From: Dendrobates tinctorius
Taxonomy: Eukaryota
DNA: 64,000 nt
Assembly: GCF_039654945.1 (NCBI RefSeq)
Contig: NW_027361869.1
Location: 1,302,001-1,366,000, forward strand
Direction of reading: 5' to 3'
How positions within the stretch are numbered: the first letter of the stretch is position 1; each line of letters starts with the position of its first letter. The position numbers were made by a program, and so were the translations under genes. Under the pieces are notes generated by a model. The model was not told the DNA's origin and made no database searches. It was given only the letters and a program-made list of their open reading frames with translations. Positions 37,011 through 49,862 of the stretch are shown here, piece by piece.

Positions 37011-37330
37011 TCAGCACCCCCCCAAAAATAAGTCTTGTTTTCCCCTGTAAGGGTGGGCTGGAATATCGCTGAGGTCTTGGTTTGCTGCTGTCGCAGGATA
37101 CCACGCTCTCAGTAAAGAATGGCGCTGGCCCAGGGTATGAGCACAGCCCCCATTATCGCTGCCATTGACGCCACTTCTGCTTTTTTTGCTCTTTTTAAAT
37201 ATTGGGCATCTAAGAATTTTGCGAATTGTGCAGCCGCCCCTGACCCAGCGCGGCACAGGAACGGACCGGACGTAACTACAAAGTGTTCGGCTCCATATTA
37301 CTATTTTGAATGGGCTCCCTCCTTGGGGGT
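37011..37330 (-). mobile_element. Possible degraded DIRS-type gag fragment
   Basis: Broken frames ..QFAKFLDAQY..EVASMAAIMGAV..RHSLLRAWYPATAANQDLSDIP..YRGKQDLF resemble the C-terminal motif of vertebrate DIRS gag. Recognised from memory only. Confidence 0.3.
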
Positions 37331-37899
37331 CACACTCTGAGACTCCCTGCAGCCTCCACTCAGGCCTAGAGCCGACGCCATATCTGACAACTCTGCCGGA
37401 AAAAAAGGGACATCTCCCGGACCCGAGAGGAGTCCGCACCTCTCCCAGGTACTGCCGACGTCACCTGGATGTGGCATCAATATTACATTCAGGGGACAGG
37501 GAAGAGACATGATAAATGCTTTTGGGGGCATGGGCTGTAAAAGGAGACAAAGCGAAGAGAGAAACATTTGCGTTAAGTAGTAGGGGAAGATGTGATCAGA
37601 AGAGAGGATTGAGACCTGGAGATTTTTTTTTGCCTCCAGGATTTTAGCGTGCTCCGAGCGCGCCAAAATGCAACATGCTGTGTTCGGCGCACCTTCAAAA
37701 GTGCGCAGCGCACGCTAAAATCCTACTAGTGCACGATCTGCGCACCCTATGCTAAAGATAGGGTGCTCAGATCGCATGCGTCCATGTGCGATAGTAGGCG
37801 GCGATGACCGGATGGGGCAGGCAGGGAGCCGGCAGGGGGCGGGGCTTAGCGGCGCTGTGCGCTGCATGGAATAAACGCTAGTGTGAAACTAGCCTTAGC

Positions 37900-40607
37900 G
37901 TGGAGAGCTTCATGATTAATCTTGATTTGTCATTGAAATTGGCTGTTGCCTTTGCTGTGCCTTGTGAAGAAGAAAGAAGAAGAGAAAGCCGGAGAAGACA
38001 TCGTCGTCACTATTGGCAACACCCCATCTTAGAAGTCCCCGAGAGAGCTGTGGAGTAGGGTGACCGCAAAAATCGATGTCGGAATTTTGTCCGTCTGGAC
38101 CCCACAAAACGATTCCCCTTTCCAGATATTGAGATAGCCAAAATTTGAGCTCGATCAAACGACGTTAACCCGTGCCGCTCGTCGCTCAAAGTTTGAAAAA
38201 ATCCAAATTGAGGTATTTTAAGATTTAGGTATTTTGCATAGTCTGTTAGACTATAAAGAATGTGACAACAACATTGCAGAAATAGCCCTGACCAAATTTT
38301 CGAACCATTTGTGGTATTTGAATGCAGAGTTGGTGGGATTATCGTTTTTTGATCCCACCATTACAGACAATGAAAAGTTGTTAATGGCTAATAAATTGCT
38401 CAGTAGCACAGATGAACCATCAGAGCACGCTAGGGTTGTAAATCCAAAAGTTAGGAAAGAAAAATTAAAAGAGGTAGGAAGTAAAGACTTTAACGACCTT
38501 CTGACAAAAGATGAAGAACAAAAGCAATATGTCCTGCAAGTTGTAAGCAAATGCCGAGCATTATATTCTGACGTTTCAAAAACTACTTTAACAAAAGCTC
38601 TAGAATAGATTAGATAACTATGTAAAATTTTCAACTCATGTAGGTTAGCATGCTCTGATGGTTCATCTGTGCTACTGAGCAATTTATTAGCCATTAACAA
38701 CTTTTCATTGTCTGTAATGGTGGGATCAAAAAACGATAATCCCACCAACTCTGCATTCAAATACCACAAATGGTTCGAAAATTTGGTCAGGGCTATTTCT
38801 GCAATGTTGTTGTCACATTCTTTATAGTCTAACAGACTATGCAAAATACCTAAATCTTAAAATACCTCAATTTGGATTTTTTCAAACTTTGAGCGACGAG
38901 CGGCACGGGTTAACGTCGTTTGATCGAGCTCATATTTTGGCTCTCTCAATATCTGGAAAGGGGAATCGTTTTGTGGGGTCCAGACGAACAAGATTCTGAC
39001 ATTTTTTCCCCCCCATATGAGATCCGGTCACCCTACTGTGGAGCCTACCACTCGTTGTACACAGAGCTGCGTGAAAACCCAGAGAAGTTTTTCGAGTACA
39101 CGAGGATGTCGGAACAGAGCTTCCATGACTTGCTGCTACGTGTCCGAGGATCCATCACCAGGCGGGACGCACAGCTACGTCGAGTAATTCCTGCGGAGGA
39201 ATGTCTGTTGGTGACCCTGAGGTACGAAATGTTGAAAAAGAAACACCTGTCATTAATATGATTGTTCTAAAAGTCATGTACTGATTTTTTTTTTTCCCGC
39301 ATTTTCTGTTCAGCAGATTCCTGGCTACCGGAGAGACCTTATCAACTCTACAGTTTCAATTCTGGATTGGAGTGTCCACGCTTTCTGGGATTATTGGAGA
39401 CACCTGCCGTGCTTTATGTGACGTTCTGCATGAAGAATTCCTCCCCCAACCCGCAACTGAACTCTGGCTGGAAAATGCTGCAAAATTCAAGGACAAACAC
39501 ATTCGGATTATGAAACCAACTGGAAGTGGATCTGAGTATTTTAATTACAAAAATTACTTTTCGATTGTTCTCATGGCAACTGCAGATGCTGACTGTCGAT
39601 TTGTCGCCGTGGATGTTGGCTCATTTGGACAAGGAAATGACTCCAAGACTTTCAAACACTCTGACATGGGCCAACATTTGTATTAAGGATTACAACCTCT
39701 TCCAAACACTGAAGGACCACCAATGCCGTTTGTTGTGGTTGGGGATGAGGTGTTTCAGATGTGTGCCAACCTCATAAAACCATACTCAAGTCGGGACTTG
39801 AATCACACCAAAAGGATTTACAACTACCGACTGACAAGGGCATGAAGAACTGTGGGGTGTGCCTTTGGATTGCTGGTATCTAAATGGCACATTTTGGGAA
39901 CAGCCATAAATCTAAAAATTGAGACAACTGATGAGGATGTGAAAGCGCGAGTTGTTCTGCACAATTACCTCCTGGTGAAAGAGCGACACCACTTAGAACT
40001 TGAGGAACCTGTTACTGCCACATTGCAGGATTACCAAGATCACCCTCTGAGGACAACAGTGGAAGTTGCCCAAATGAGGGATAAATTTGCTGCCTACTTT
40101 GTTTCGGATATTGGAAGTGTGGCATGGCAAAGACCAAATGGTTTAAGCCGCTAATAAGTAAAATTTACCTGTAATGTTGGCGGACTTTAACACTAACACC
40201 TGTTAATACTTCACTCAACAATACACACGTTTAAATAAAGAGATGAAGAAAACATAGGGAGACAGGGATTGAGAAAAAAAAAGAATTTTTATTAACAAAA
40301 ATAAAAACAATGTTTAAATGAACACTTCCTGGACCTGCTCATTCTGAAGTACGCATGTCCTTGCGTACCAATGCGTTCCCATAGACAGTAATGCGTTGTT
40401 TTGACGCACTTCATCTGCATGCGCATGACTGCGCATAATTGATGCATCAAAAAATGTAACATGTTGAGTTCGCCGGACACCACGAAACGACGCATCCGCA
40501 TGCGAACTGATGCAACGCATGTCGCTGTGTACACAATATTAAACATGTGTACATGTGACGCATGCGGCTCATACACTGCGCACAGATATGCTAATGTGAA
40601 ACCAGCC
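37900..40607 (+). mobile_element. Dead PIF/Harbinger element (HARBI1-like DDE transposase pseudogene), interrupted by a nested insertion
   Basis: ..RRHYWQHPIL.. | GAYHSLYTELRENPEKFFEYTRMS..LLVTLR [GT-AG intron 39222-39316] FLATGET..KHIRIMKPTGSGSEYFNYKNYFSIVLMA..VDVGSFG..VVGDEVF..YNYRLTRA*RTVGCAFG..LHNYL..RDKFAAYF. Right TIR ...tgtgaaaccagcc-TAA at 40607. Left end not identified. Confidence 0.88.
38056..39035. mobile_element. Fold-back non-autonomous hAT (hATm-like) element containing inverted transposase fragments
   Basis: TIR TAGGGTGACCG / CGGTCACCCTA; exact 8-bp TSD CTGTGGAG (38048-55, 39036-43); ~355-bp inverted arms; peptide FSNHLWYLNAELVGLSFFD...LTKDEEQKQYVLQVV. Confidence 0.85.
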
Positions 40608-40981
40608 TAAGAGCAGGTCTCCGACCCGGCTAATGTAGGAGGATTTTCTAGCCATTATATCTGTCTGCTCTAATAGCGCCACCGCATGTCAATGCAAAGA
40701 CCGACTCGATTGTAAAAATCTAATTGCCTAATCCTTCTACCTGTACCTGCCATCAGGAAAAGTCAAGGCAAGAAAAACACATTAGATAGTCACCTGGTCC
40801 TGCTGAGATCAGTGGGTTTGGTGGACATTAATCTAAGCTATTCCATTCTGCATAAGTCCTTACCCCCACAGCAATGACCGGAATGGGGGACTTAAGTCTC
40901 CAGTTCCCCCCAGTCACAGACCACGGCCGGGAGATGAATGGTGGGGATGGTCATGCGTGCACCTTACTCGTCCGCTCTTAA

Positions 40982-41384
40982 GGCCCTTTTACATTTAGCA
41001 ATGCACCAGCGATCCGACCAGCGATCCCACCCGGTCAGGATCGCTGGTGCATCGCTAAATGATCGCTAGTGAGCTTTCATACAGAAAGACCTCACAGCGA
41101 TTCAGCAGCGACGCAGCGCACGATACTTACCATTCACACGCAGCGATCCTGCGTCCTCCCGCCCGCCTCCAGCGTCGCTCGTCGTCACAGCAGGAAGTCT
41201 CAGCAGGAAGCGCCTGACGAGAAATGGAGCCGGACATTCTCGCGCGATCAGCGATGGACAGCGGGGGAGCCGGTCGCTGGTAAGTATCACACATAGCGAT
41301 ATCGCTAGCAATATCGCTATAACGTCACAAAACCAGTGACGTTTTAGCGATATTGCTAGCGATATCGCTTAGTGTAAAACCCCC
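40982..41384. mobile_element. PIF/Harbinger-type MITE (cagcgat/atcgctg-rich family)
   Basis: Imperfect TIR ggcccttttacatttagc / gcttagtgtaaaaccccc; many agcgat/atcgct motifs; related to 59153-59812. Confidence 0.7.
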
Positions 41385-41837
41385 TTTAGTCTTGAGCGGT
41401 GAAGATACAAAGGCAATGGAGTGAATCCGCTCTGCGCTACCATGTTTGTTTGTGCCACAGCCTTAGAATAGAGACGCAGGGGGCATGTGTCCAGTCTTGT
41501 GGGTGTGGGACCCTCATTGATCGAACAATTATCACCCAATTAGTGGGTAGGTGATCATTTATATAGATCAGATCACCCCTTTAAGGTTTAGCTTTTAATA
41601 AAATGTGAAACACCCCTTCCCCCCAAAAAAAAAAAATCTGTAATTTTTTTTAAAAGACTTATATTTTCATTTGTACAAAACATTACAGCCAAGTGCATAT
41701 TAACAGTGAAATAAAAGAGCCACATATGTACAAACTGCTCCGGTCTCTGGTGTCGTGACGACTCGGAGGCCGCGGATCAGTAATAATTCAATATATTATT
41801 TTACTGGATGGAGAATTCGAGAGTCGAGTATCCACAT

Positions 41838-44800
41838 TCAGCTGGACAAAGCTTTCTGCAAACGTATAATTGACTCCTCCGGTCCTAACGACAGCAACAT
41901 CTCAGCCACACTGGGTCCGGTCTACAGAAAAAGGAAGGAAGTGTCTATTATTGGGGATCCAAAAATGGAAATTACCAATAATCTACAACACGACATTTCT
42001 TCATCTTCATTCTGCATTAGGGGTGCCGCTTGGTTCAATCGTACAATAAGACCCCCATCCTGCACCCTCATTAGCTGTGGTGTTGAAACGGTCTAGTAGA
42101 AAGTAGCATGGCCTTTTTGCTCATAGCAGCCGGAATTCATTTTATGCAACGGTTTAGAAAGTAAAGCTGAATGCTAGGGTTTGTATAATGTCACATTCAC
42201 ACGTCCGAGGTCTCCTGACATGAACTTCATAGTAGATCAGTAGACCAGCGGCCAGTCCGGGCATCATAGTCGGTGCTCGGACAGTGACACATTAACATAT
42301 TAATGTGACATTGGACAGATTTCATGCACTTGGCCCAATGAGTTTGGGCAGGAGCAGACAAAGACAGAAGAGGGCCCTGTGTAGGAACAGTATATGTCAG
42401 CAATGATTTTTTTACAGCACCTCGAGCCCGCTGAGCACCAGTCGGAGAAGTTTCATGGACGTGCTGTACTTTGTGGTTTTCAGCCGCTGCAGTTGGCTCT
42501 TCAGCTCTTTACTTAGCAGTTCCAGGCTGGTGTCCTGGTGATTGTTCTGCAGAATCCTAAAAAAACAAAACAACATAATGACACGAGGACAAGTGAGTGA
42601 AACTTACAACACATCCTACTACTGCAGAGGAAACCAGCAAGTCACATGCAATTATAAGACTATTCCCTCTGGGCTTCGAAAGGTCAATTCAACCAGTGGC
42701 GTCATCCCGAGCCCGATATCAGGTCGGACAAGACATTTTGCCTTCACAACCCCAAACTGAACACTGCAAGTGATACACACCGCACCACAACACTCCCGAT
42801 CTCGCCGGCTTCACTTGACAGACGTTGCAGTTCTTCCTGCGGCACCGATGGCCGGATCCACAGATACGAGTAATCTGGAGACAGTAGATCCGTCAGCAAG
42901 TTTAAATGTCCCTAGGAGATAAAATGGGAGAAAAGCTTCATTAAACCAATATAATATAAGGATTGAAGACATTGAGGATGACTAATGAATGGCGCATAGG
43001 AAAAGTAGTGTCGTTATCCACAGAAATCAATCAGGTTTCTGAAGTCTAACAAAGCCGATAGGAGCCGAAGGGACAAGGAGCCCAGAAGAGCCATGCCGAG
43101 ATCAATGTGGCTACGTAAAACCGGCCAGGAATGAACTCGCTGCATGTGAATGGTGTCCAATAATTCCACATTATATTAGAGGTCCAGTGTTGTATTATCA
43201 AATTCCGGATTAAAGGAGTACTCTGCTCTAAAGGATTTTACCTCTACGCAATGCTATGAAAACGAGAGTCCAACTGATGTGAATGTTAGAAAAGTTGGAC
43301 CCACACCTGTACGGAGTGCTTTCGATGGCATTCCCCTTCATGATATGATGAGAGGAGCGCTCCCTTACCTTCCTCAGCATTAGTAACCTCTCCATATACT
43401 CTTTATCGAGCGTCACATCCTTGTACTTCTCTTGCAGTAGTGTCTGCAGCCGTGCCACCAACTGCGCGCGGGTGTCAGCACCCTCAATCCATCGGGAGAG
43501 GTGAACCCTACAAGAGAGTGAGTGGGGGGGGGGTGTGTATGTGATTATGTCCACTGGCACAGGGGGTCGGGAATATTAGATAGTGGACACTCGCCTTGTA
43601 TAACATTTACCTGCTGAATTCAGGAAGTTTCTCCAGATCAAGGAGAGCAGAGTGTGTGCTGGTGCTCCGCAGGTTGTACTGCCGGATGAGATCAGGCAGA
43701 GTCCGGCCGACCTGATTGCCTAGATGATAAGACCAGATACAACACGTCAATAACATTAGAAAAACATGGCTCCTTTTTTCCCCAGAACAGCGCCACTCTT
43801 CTCCATGAGCTGCATCTAGAACTGCTGCGGCTCATCGCTAATCACTCAAAAAAAAAAAAAAAAGTGTTGATGGGTGGAAAGCCAGGTCCAAGACTTTAGA
43901 CTTCGCACAATCTGAGCGTTTCTGTCCACCGGATGTAGTAGTATGTCCTAAGGAGAAAGTGGGAAGTGGGTTTATGCAGAGAGGTCAGGAGTTATACTGC
44001 CAGCATCTCTCTCTATGACAGCAGCAATCGGAGCTAGCTCAGATCGCCGCTGCTTAACTACTTAAATATAAGTGGCGCGTTCCCAGTGGGGCATATATTA
44101 CAGCGCTCATCGCTTCCCCCCAAACTATGAAGGGATTCCAGGGAAGTGATGCGTTGCCATGCCAGCTGGAAATCTGCCAAAGGACCCCATCATCTTGGTG
44201 TTCCTGTGAAGCCCATCTACAGCTACGAGATAGATATGTATATATGTACGGATGGGGGGAGAGAGAAGAGCGGAGGCGGGGAGAGAAGAGCGGAGGCGGG
44301 GAGAGAAGAGCGGAGGCGGGGAGAGAAGAGCGGAGGGGGGGAGAGAAGAGCGGAGGGGGGGAGAGAAGAGCGGAGGGGGGGAGAGAAGAGCGGAGGGGGG
44401 GAGAGAAGGGCGGAGGGGGGGAGAGAAGGGCGGAGGGGGGGAGAGAAGGGCGGAGGGGGGGAGAGAAGGGCGGAGGGAGAGATGGAAGGGGGGAGAGAAG
44501 AATGGAAGGGGGGAGAGAAGAATGGAAGGGGGGAGAGAAGAATGGAAGGGGGGAGAGAAGAATGGAAGGGGGGAGAGAAGAATGGAAGGGGGGAGAGAAG
44601 AATGGAAGGGGGGAGAGAAGAATGGAAGGGGGGAGAGAAGAATGGAAGGGGGGAGAGAAGAATGGAAGGGGGGAGAGAAGAATGGAAGGGGGGAGAGAAG
44701 AATGGAAGGGGGGAGAGAAGAATGGAAGGGGGGAGAGAAGAATGGAAGGGGGGAGAGAAGAATGGAAGGGGGGAGAGAAGAATGGAAGGGGGGAGAGAAG

Positions 44801-47800
44801 AATGGAAGGGGGGAGAGAAGAATGGAAGGGGGGAGAGAAGAATGGAAGGGGGGAGAGAAGAATGGAAGGGGGGAGAGAAGAATGGAAGGGGGGAGAGAAG
44901 AATGGAAGGGGGGAGAGAAGAATGGAAGGGGGGAGAGAAGAATGGAAGGGGGGAGAGAAGAATGGAAGGGGGGAGAGAAGAATGGAAGGGGGGAGAGAAG
45001 AATGGAAGGGGGGAGAGAAGAATGGAAGGGGGGAGAGAAGAATGGAAGGGGGGAGAGAAGAATGGAAGGGGGGAGAGAAGAATGGAAGGGGGGAGAGAAG
45101 AATGGAAGGGGGGAGAGAAGAATGGAAGGGGGGAGAGAAGAATGGAAGGGGGGAGAGAAGAATGGAAGGGGGGAGAGAAGAATGGAAGGGGGGAGAGAAG
45201 AATGGAAGGGGGGAGAGAAGAATGGAAGGGGGGAGAGAAGAATGGAAGGGGGGAGAGAAGAATGGAAGGGGGGAGAGAAGAATGGAAGGGGGGAGAGAAG
45301 AATGGAAGGGGGGAGAGAAGAATGGAAGGGGGGAGAGAAGAATGGAAGGGGGGAGAGAAGAATGGAAGGGGGGAGAGAAGAATGGAAGGGGGGAGAGAAG
45401 AATGGAAGGGGGGAGAGAAGAATGGAAGGGGAGAGAGAAGAATGGAAGGGGAGAGAGAAGAATGGAAGGGGAGAGAGAAGAATGGAAGGGGGGAGAGAAG
45501 AATGGAAGGGGGGAGAGAAGAATGGAAGGGGGAGAGAAGAATGGAAGGGGGGAGAGAAGAATGGAAGGGGGGAGAGAAGAATGGAAGGGGGGAGAGAAGA
45601 ATGGAAGGAGGGAGAGAGGGATACATAGGTGGATAAATAGATAGATGGATGCATATATTGCAGAACATTATATAACCTTTAAGGGGAGGAGGGCAAGAAA
45701 ATTAAGTTAAAGCAGTTGAAAAAGCTTTTTTTAAAAAATATTAAAATGACAGTAAAAAAACTAAAATAAAAAATGCAAAGACTCAGAAAATCAAAAGTTT
45801 ACTGGAGTAAAAAGTGAGCCCAAAATTGCTGCTGGTAAAATGCTATGCATTGTGGTCACCCAGCTTTCCTGGACTCTGATTCACCCCGCATGGATCTAGC
45901 CCTTGCTCGAGCTCCATTCCTACCAGCGAATCCTGATCCACAGTTGGTAATGATGTCTAGTATAGCGTCCGGCAGGAATGCTCTCTGGGCGAAGTGCTGG
46001 ATATATATATCCCCCTGGCGTTTGGACAGTTTGCTGCCATCTTTGTTGAGCAGTAGGGGCAGGTGAGCGTACGTTGGAGGTTGCCAGCCCAAGGCACGGT
46101 ACAGGAGTAGATGTTTGGTGGTGGAGATGAGCCATTCTTCTCCCCTCAGGACGTGGCTCACTGCCATCTTATAGTCATCCACCACATTAGCCAAGTGGTA
46201 AGTGGGAAAGCCGTCCCCCTTCAGGATCACTGGGTCTCCTTCCACGCTGGCCACATCGTGATGTGTCCAGCCGTAAACCAGATCCTGGAAGGAATGAGCG
46301 CCGCTCGGTAACTGGAACCGGACCACAAAAGGCAAATTCTTGGACATTTTTTCCTGCACTTGATGCGAGGTGAGATGTCTGCAGCGATTGTCGTAGCTTT
46401 AGAAAAGAAAAATAAGAGATGGAGGCATTTATATATCAGGGTTCGTGTAACTGCTGCACCTAGAGGGGGCGGGGGTGCTACACTCAGGACTCCCCTTTGT
46501 TAGCTGGAGTGAACCGTAAAGGTCGGCATTATCCCAGGATCGGGGGGACCTAACAGCAGACGGCACCCTTCACTCCCAGCAAGTCCTCCCCCAATATACA
46601 CATGCACACTCATCTAGGCAAATTGTGCATGTGTAGGTAGAAGCAAATATATCGCTGCCAGACATCTTTCCATAGGAACAAAAGATTGGGAATGTTGAAA
46701 TGCAACCTGCCCAGTTCTGCTCTCCCCCAACATCTGCTGTTGGGTAAAATCGGGACATCACCATAAAGATTAAATGGTCCAACCGCTTCTGCAAACCTAC
46801 ATTTAATATGTACGGGCTCTAATCCATCTAAATGGTGGCGCTGCAAACTGCCTCCTGCCTGGTGGATTCCCTGGCTGCTCTCTTGATTAGTTGGCGTGGA
46901 GGGACGTAGAGTGTGCGCCACCATGCGATGAGGATGTTGCGCCAGGTAGTATAATCGGGCGATTCTGCAAGGCAGGAGGCGGTTTGCAGGGCTATTAACA
47001 TGGCGGCTGGACCGGGCTCCTGTGAATTAATTTGCTTATCTCTAATGGGCACTGCAAGTTTATGACCTCTACATGCACTATTTGAGAGTGAAAGTTATCA
47101 CTTAAGGGGTTTTCCAAGATCTGAGCAAAGTTTGGAAAATCCCTTTAAATAAGAATGAAAAATCCCTAAGTTTTGAAAAATGTCGCGTCACACGTTCATG
47201 TGATATGACGGCTTAATGGAAGGCTTGCCACAACACGGAGCACGTCCAGCAAGGGAGGCAGCGAGCTGCGGTGCCACAATCAGCCTTATTCTAGACTGTG
47301 AGTATACTTACAAGATTAAGGTTTTTCTGATTTCTACCTGGATTTTGGAAATACCCCTTTCCTCATTGCATAATACCTCAACAGGTGCAATGTAACAGGC
47401 CATGATGGAAGCAGCGGATGCCATACTGCAGGTATGATATTCCTGATTACTTGCAGCTGCTTGCAAAGCTCTGAAGATATCAATTAAAAGGGGTTTTCCA
47501 AGATCTGTGCAGGTCTTTAGCACAATGGATGTGTTTTCTTTCTTAACCCACTATACACTTCAATTAAGAGATCTGCACACAAGCATGATCACCTCTCCAC
47601 TGAAGTGTATGGAGAAGGAAAAAGCAACTGATCATTGCCCCCCATTCTCTGAGTAAGAGTCACACCATTGCCCCCCATTCTCTGAGTAGGTAAGGGTCAC
47701 ACCTGTTGGTATCGGGCATCTATGGAGCATTCTCTGCATATGAGAATACCCCTTTAAAATGGTTTTCAATATCAATTGTCTTTCCTTAGCAGAATGGTGC

Positions 47801-49862
47801 AGGCCGACTTAAGGCCAAGTGTGGTGGTCTCTTCATTGTTCCGTGCATTTAGGAGCATTTGTTCCTGGTAACTGTAGGTCGCTCCTATATAAGTGAATAG
47901 GGCTGAGCTGTAATACCAGGCAGAGCCACTACCAAACGTATGGCGCTGTGCCTTTCATCAGCTGAATGGTGGGATTGCTAGAAATCGCACATTGACCAAT
48001 CTGACATGGGGGACCCATCCTTAACGGTCTCAGATATCGAGAGCACAGAAAAAGCAAATCACAAGCTTAGAAGGTTTCTTAGTCGTATCTGTTCTACAGG
48101 AAAAGCTGGGTTCTGGCCAATATGGCTGCCCTAGGGGTTGACAATCGAGATATCTTTAGCTCCTGAATGACAACCCTGCTGAGTTACATAACAATGCAGA
48201 GGTGTCATTCAGGAGTGTGGTACAGCTGGGTTACACACAGGAGCTGTAATGACACCCAGCTTTCTAGTGGGGGCGTTCTCTTACCGGGGGGTCTGTTTGC
48301 TCCTCAGCGCTTCTTTCTTCATCAGCTCCAGCCTCTGCGGGGTACAAAAGCAGCGGTAAGCCGCTCCGCTTTCCAGCAATGTTTGCACCGCCTCGTGATA
48401 TAAATTCAGACGCTGCGACTGTTCGTAGGGTCCGTAAAGGCCTCCTCGTCGAGGACTCTCGTCTGGTGGGATCCCTGGAGAGAAGAATGTAGCTACGTTT
48501 TCAAGATTACCTTTCATCATATAAAAAAAAAATACCGTCTATCAAAAGTGACGGCCTAACCTGCCCACTCCAACATGTCCTCTATCCCCTCCGCCGAACC
48601 TGGGACCAGGCGGCTTCTATCGGTGTCTTCAAGACGAAGAATAAAAACTCCTCCGTGTTTCTTAGCGAACAGGTAATTGTACAGGGCTGTGCGCAGGCCG
48701 CCCAGATGAAGAAATCCTACAGAGACAAGGGAATGGTAATGACCAGAGGGGGCGCTGTACTCACATCTACAAAACTGCAATGAAGGAATGGTGAAGTTTA
48801 GTATCCGTGTGTGGGTTAAATAATGGTTATTCCCATATTCATTGTGGAATATTTTATTGGATAGAGTTGGTAAATGCAAGCACTTTTGCAATTTCCTGCT
48901 TATTAACATTTGCAGCCGTTCTCGAGATGTTAACACTTTTCAGGTTGTTGTCTCGGAGACCGACCACCGCTGCTGTTCAGCTTGTAAGCACTGCGGGAAT
49001 AAGGGTTATCACTGCTCTCCAGCGATCCTGGTCAAGCTTCAGTACAGCGCTTACAAGCTCAATAGAATGGAGCATATTCTAGCAGCGGTGGTCGGTCTCC
49101 GAGGCAACGAGCGTTAAACAAAAGAAAAGTTTAATATCTCAAGAATGGATGACAATTTTACTGAGCGGTAAATTGCAAAATTGCTTGTATTAATAAGCAA
49201 TCTCAGAGTACAATGCACGGACTGACCGCCCGTCTCGCCTTATAGAAATATATGTAGCGGTCACGATCTGGCTTGGAGACGCAAGAAGATCGAACCAATG
49301 ATCACGGCCGTCTGAAAGAGCCCTAAGACTTGATGCTTCCCTGCTGGTCACCACTGCAGCCAGTCGCTGGCTGAGCGATCATTCCCAGCGTGTCCATACA
49401 GGACCCGGAATTAGAGACCAGCGGGAAACAGCCGGTACAGGAGCGGCAGGGGGTCAGTGCAGCCATAAACTCAGCGGCTCCAATGCAAGCTGTATAATAA
49501 TACTGAGACCTCCTGGGGGCCCCATCTAAACTCCAGGGCCCTGGCCACTACACTTACCCTCCCCCTCTCTTTAAATGTCACATTGTAGACAGGGGGTTAA
49601 AAGCATGAATGTTTTCGTGTATACAGCTCCTGGGCTGGCCTATGTGTTTCCATGGTTACACAGACTACAACACAACTGTGTGTAGTTTAGTCCTGCACTC
49701 ACAGGGGAGAAGATGCTGATACTAACGTGATGTCCTGTCAGTAGATTTACCTGTGGGGCTGGGAGCAAATCGCACCCGAACCTCTTTATGTGGCCCTCTT
49801 GCACACCCCCTGGTTCCCTGGCGCACTGCTGGAAGCAGAACTCTACCTAACAGCAGCCTCAT
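41838..49862 (-). CDS. EARS2: Mitochondrial glutamyl-tRNA synthetase, 9 exons, ~509 aa
   Basis: Exons (minus): 49862-49751, 48716-48561, 48474-48285, 46396-45924, 43719-43611, 43507-43369, 42911-42781, 42556-42421, 41921-41838; total 1530 nt. Arg-rich presequence [10 protein letters not shown]..; [22 protein letters not shown] (HIGH motif); LRLEDTD; [14 protein letters not shown]; HVLRGEEW; KLSKR (KMSKS motif). Confidence 0.97.
44255..45620. repeat. 20-bp purine-rich minisatellite in EARS2 intron 4
   Basis: About 11 units of GGGAGAGAAG(A/G)GCGGAGG(C/G)G followed by about 56 near-perfect units of GGGAGAGAAGAATGGAAGGG. Confidence 0.98.
47484..47757. mobile_element. TTAA-flanked T2/Kolobok-like MITE
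   Basis: TTAA-aaggggttttcca ... gagaatacccct-TTAA. Confidence 0.6.

Noticed and set aside
38251-38844. 197-aa ORF as a novel gene
   Set aside because: Chimera of the inverted transposase arm with antisense loop and arm sequence of the fold-back element.
44125-45668. Five ORFs of 458-509 aa
   Set aside because: Translations of a stop-free 20-bp minisatellite inside EARS2 intron 4.
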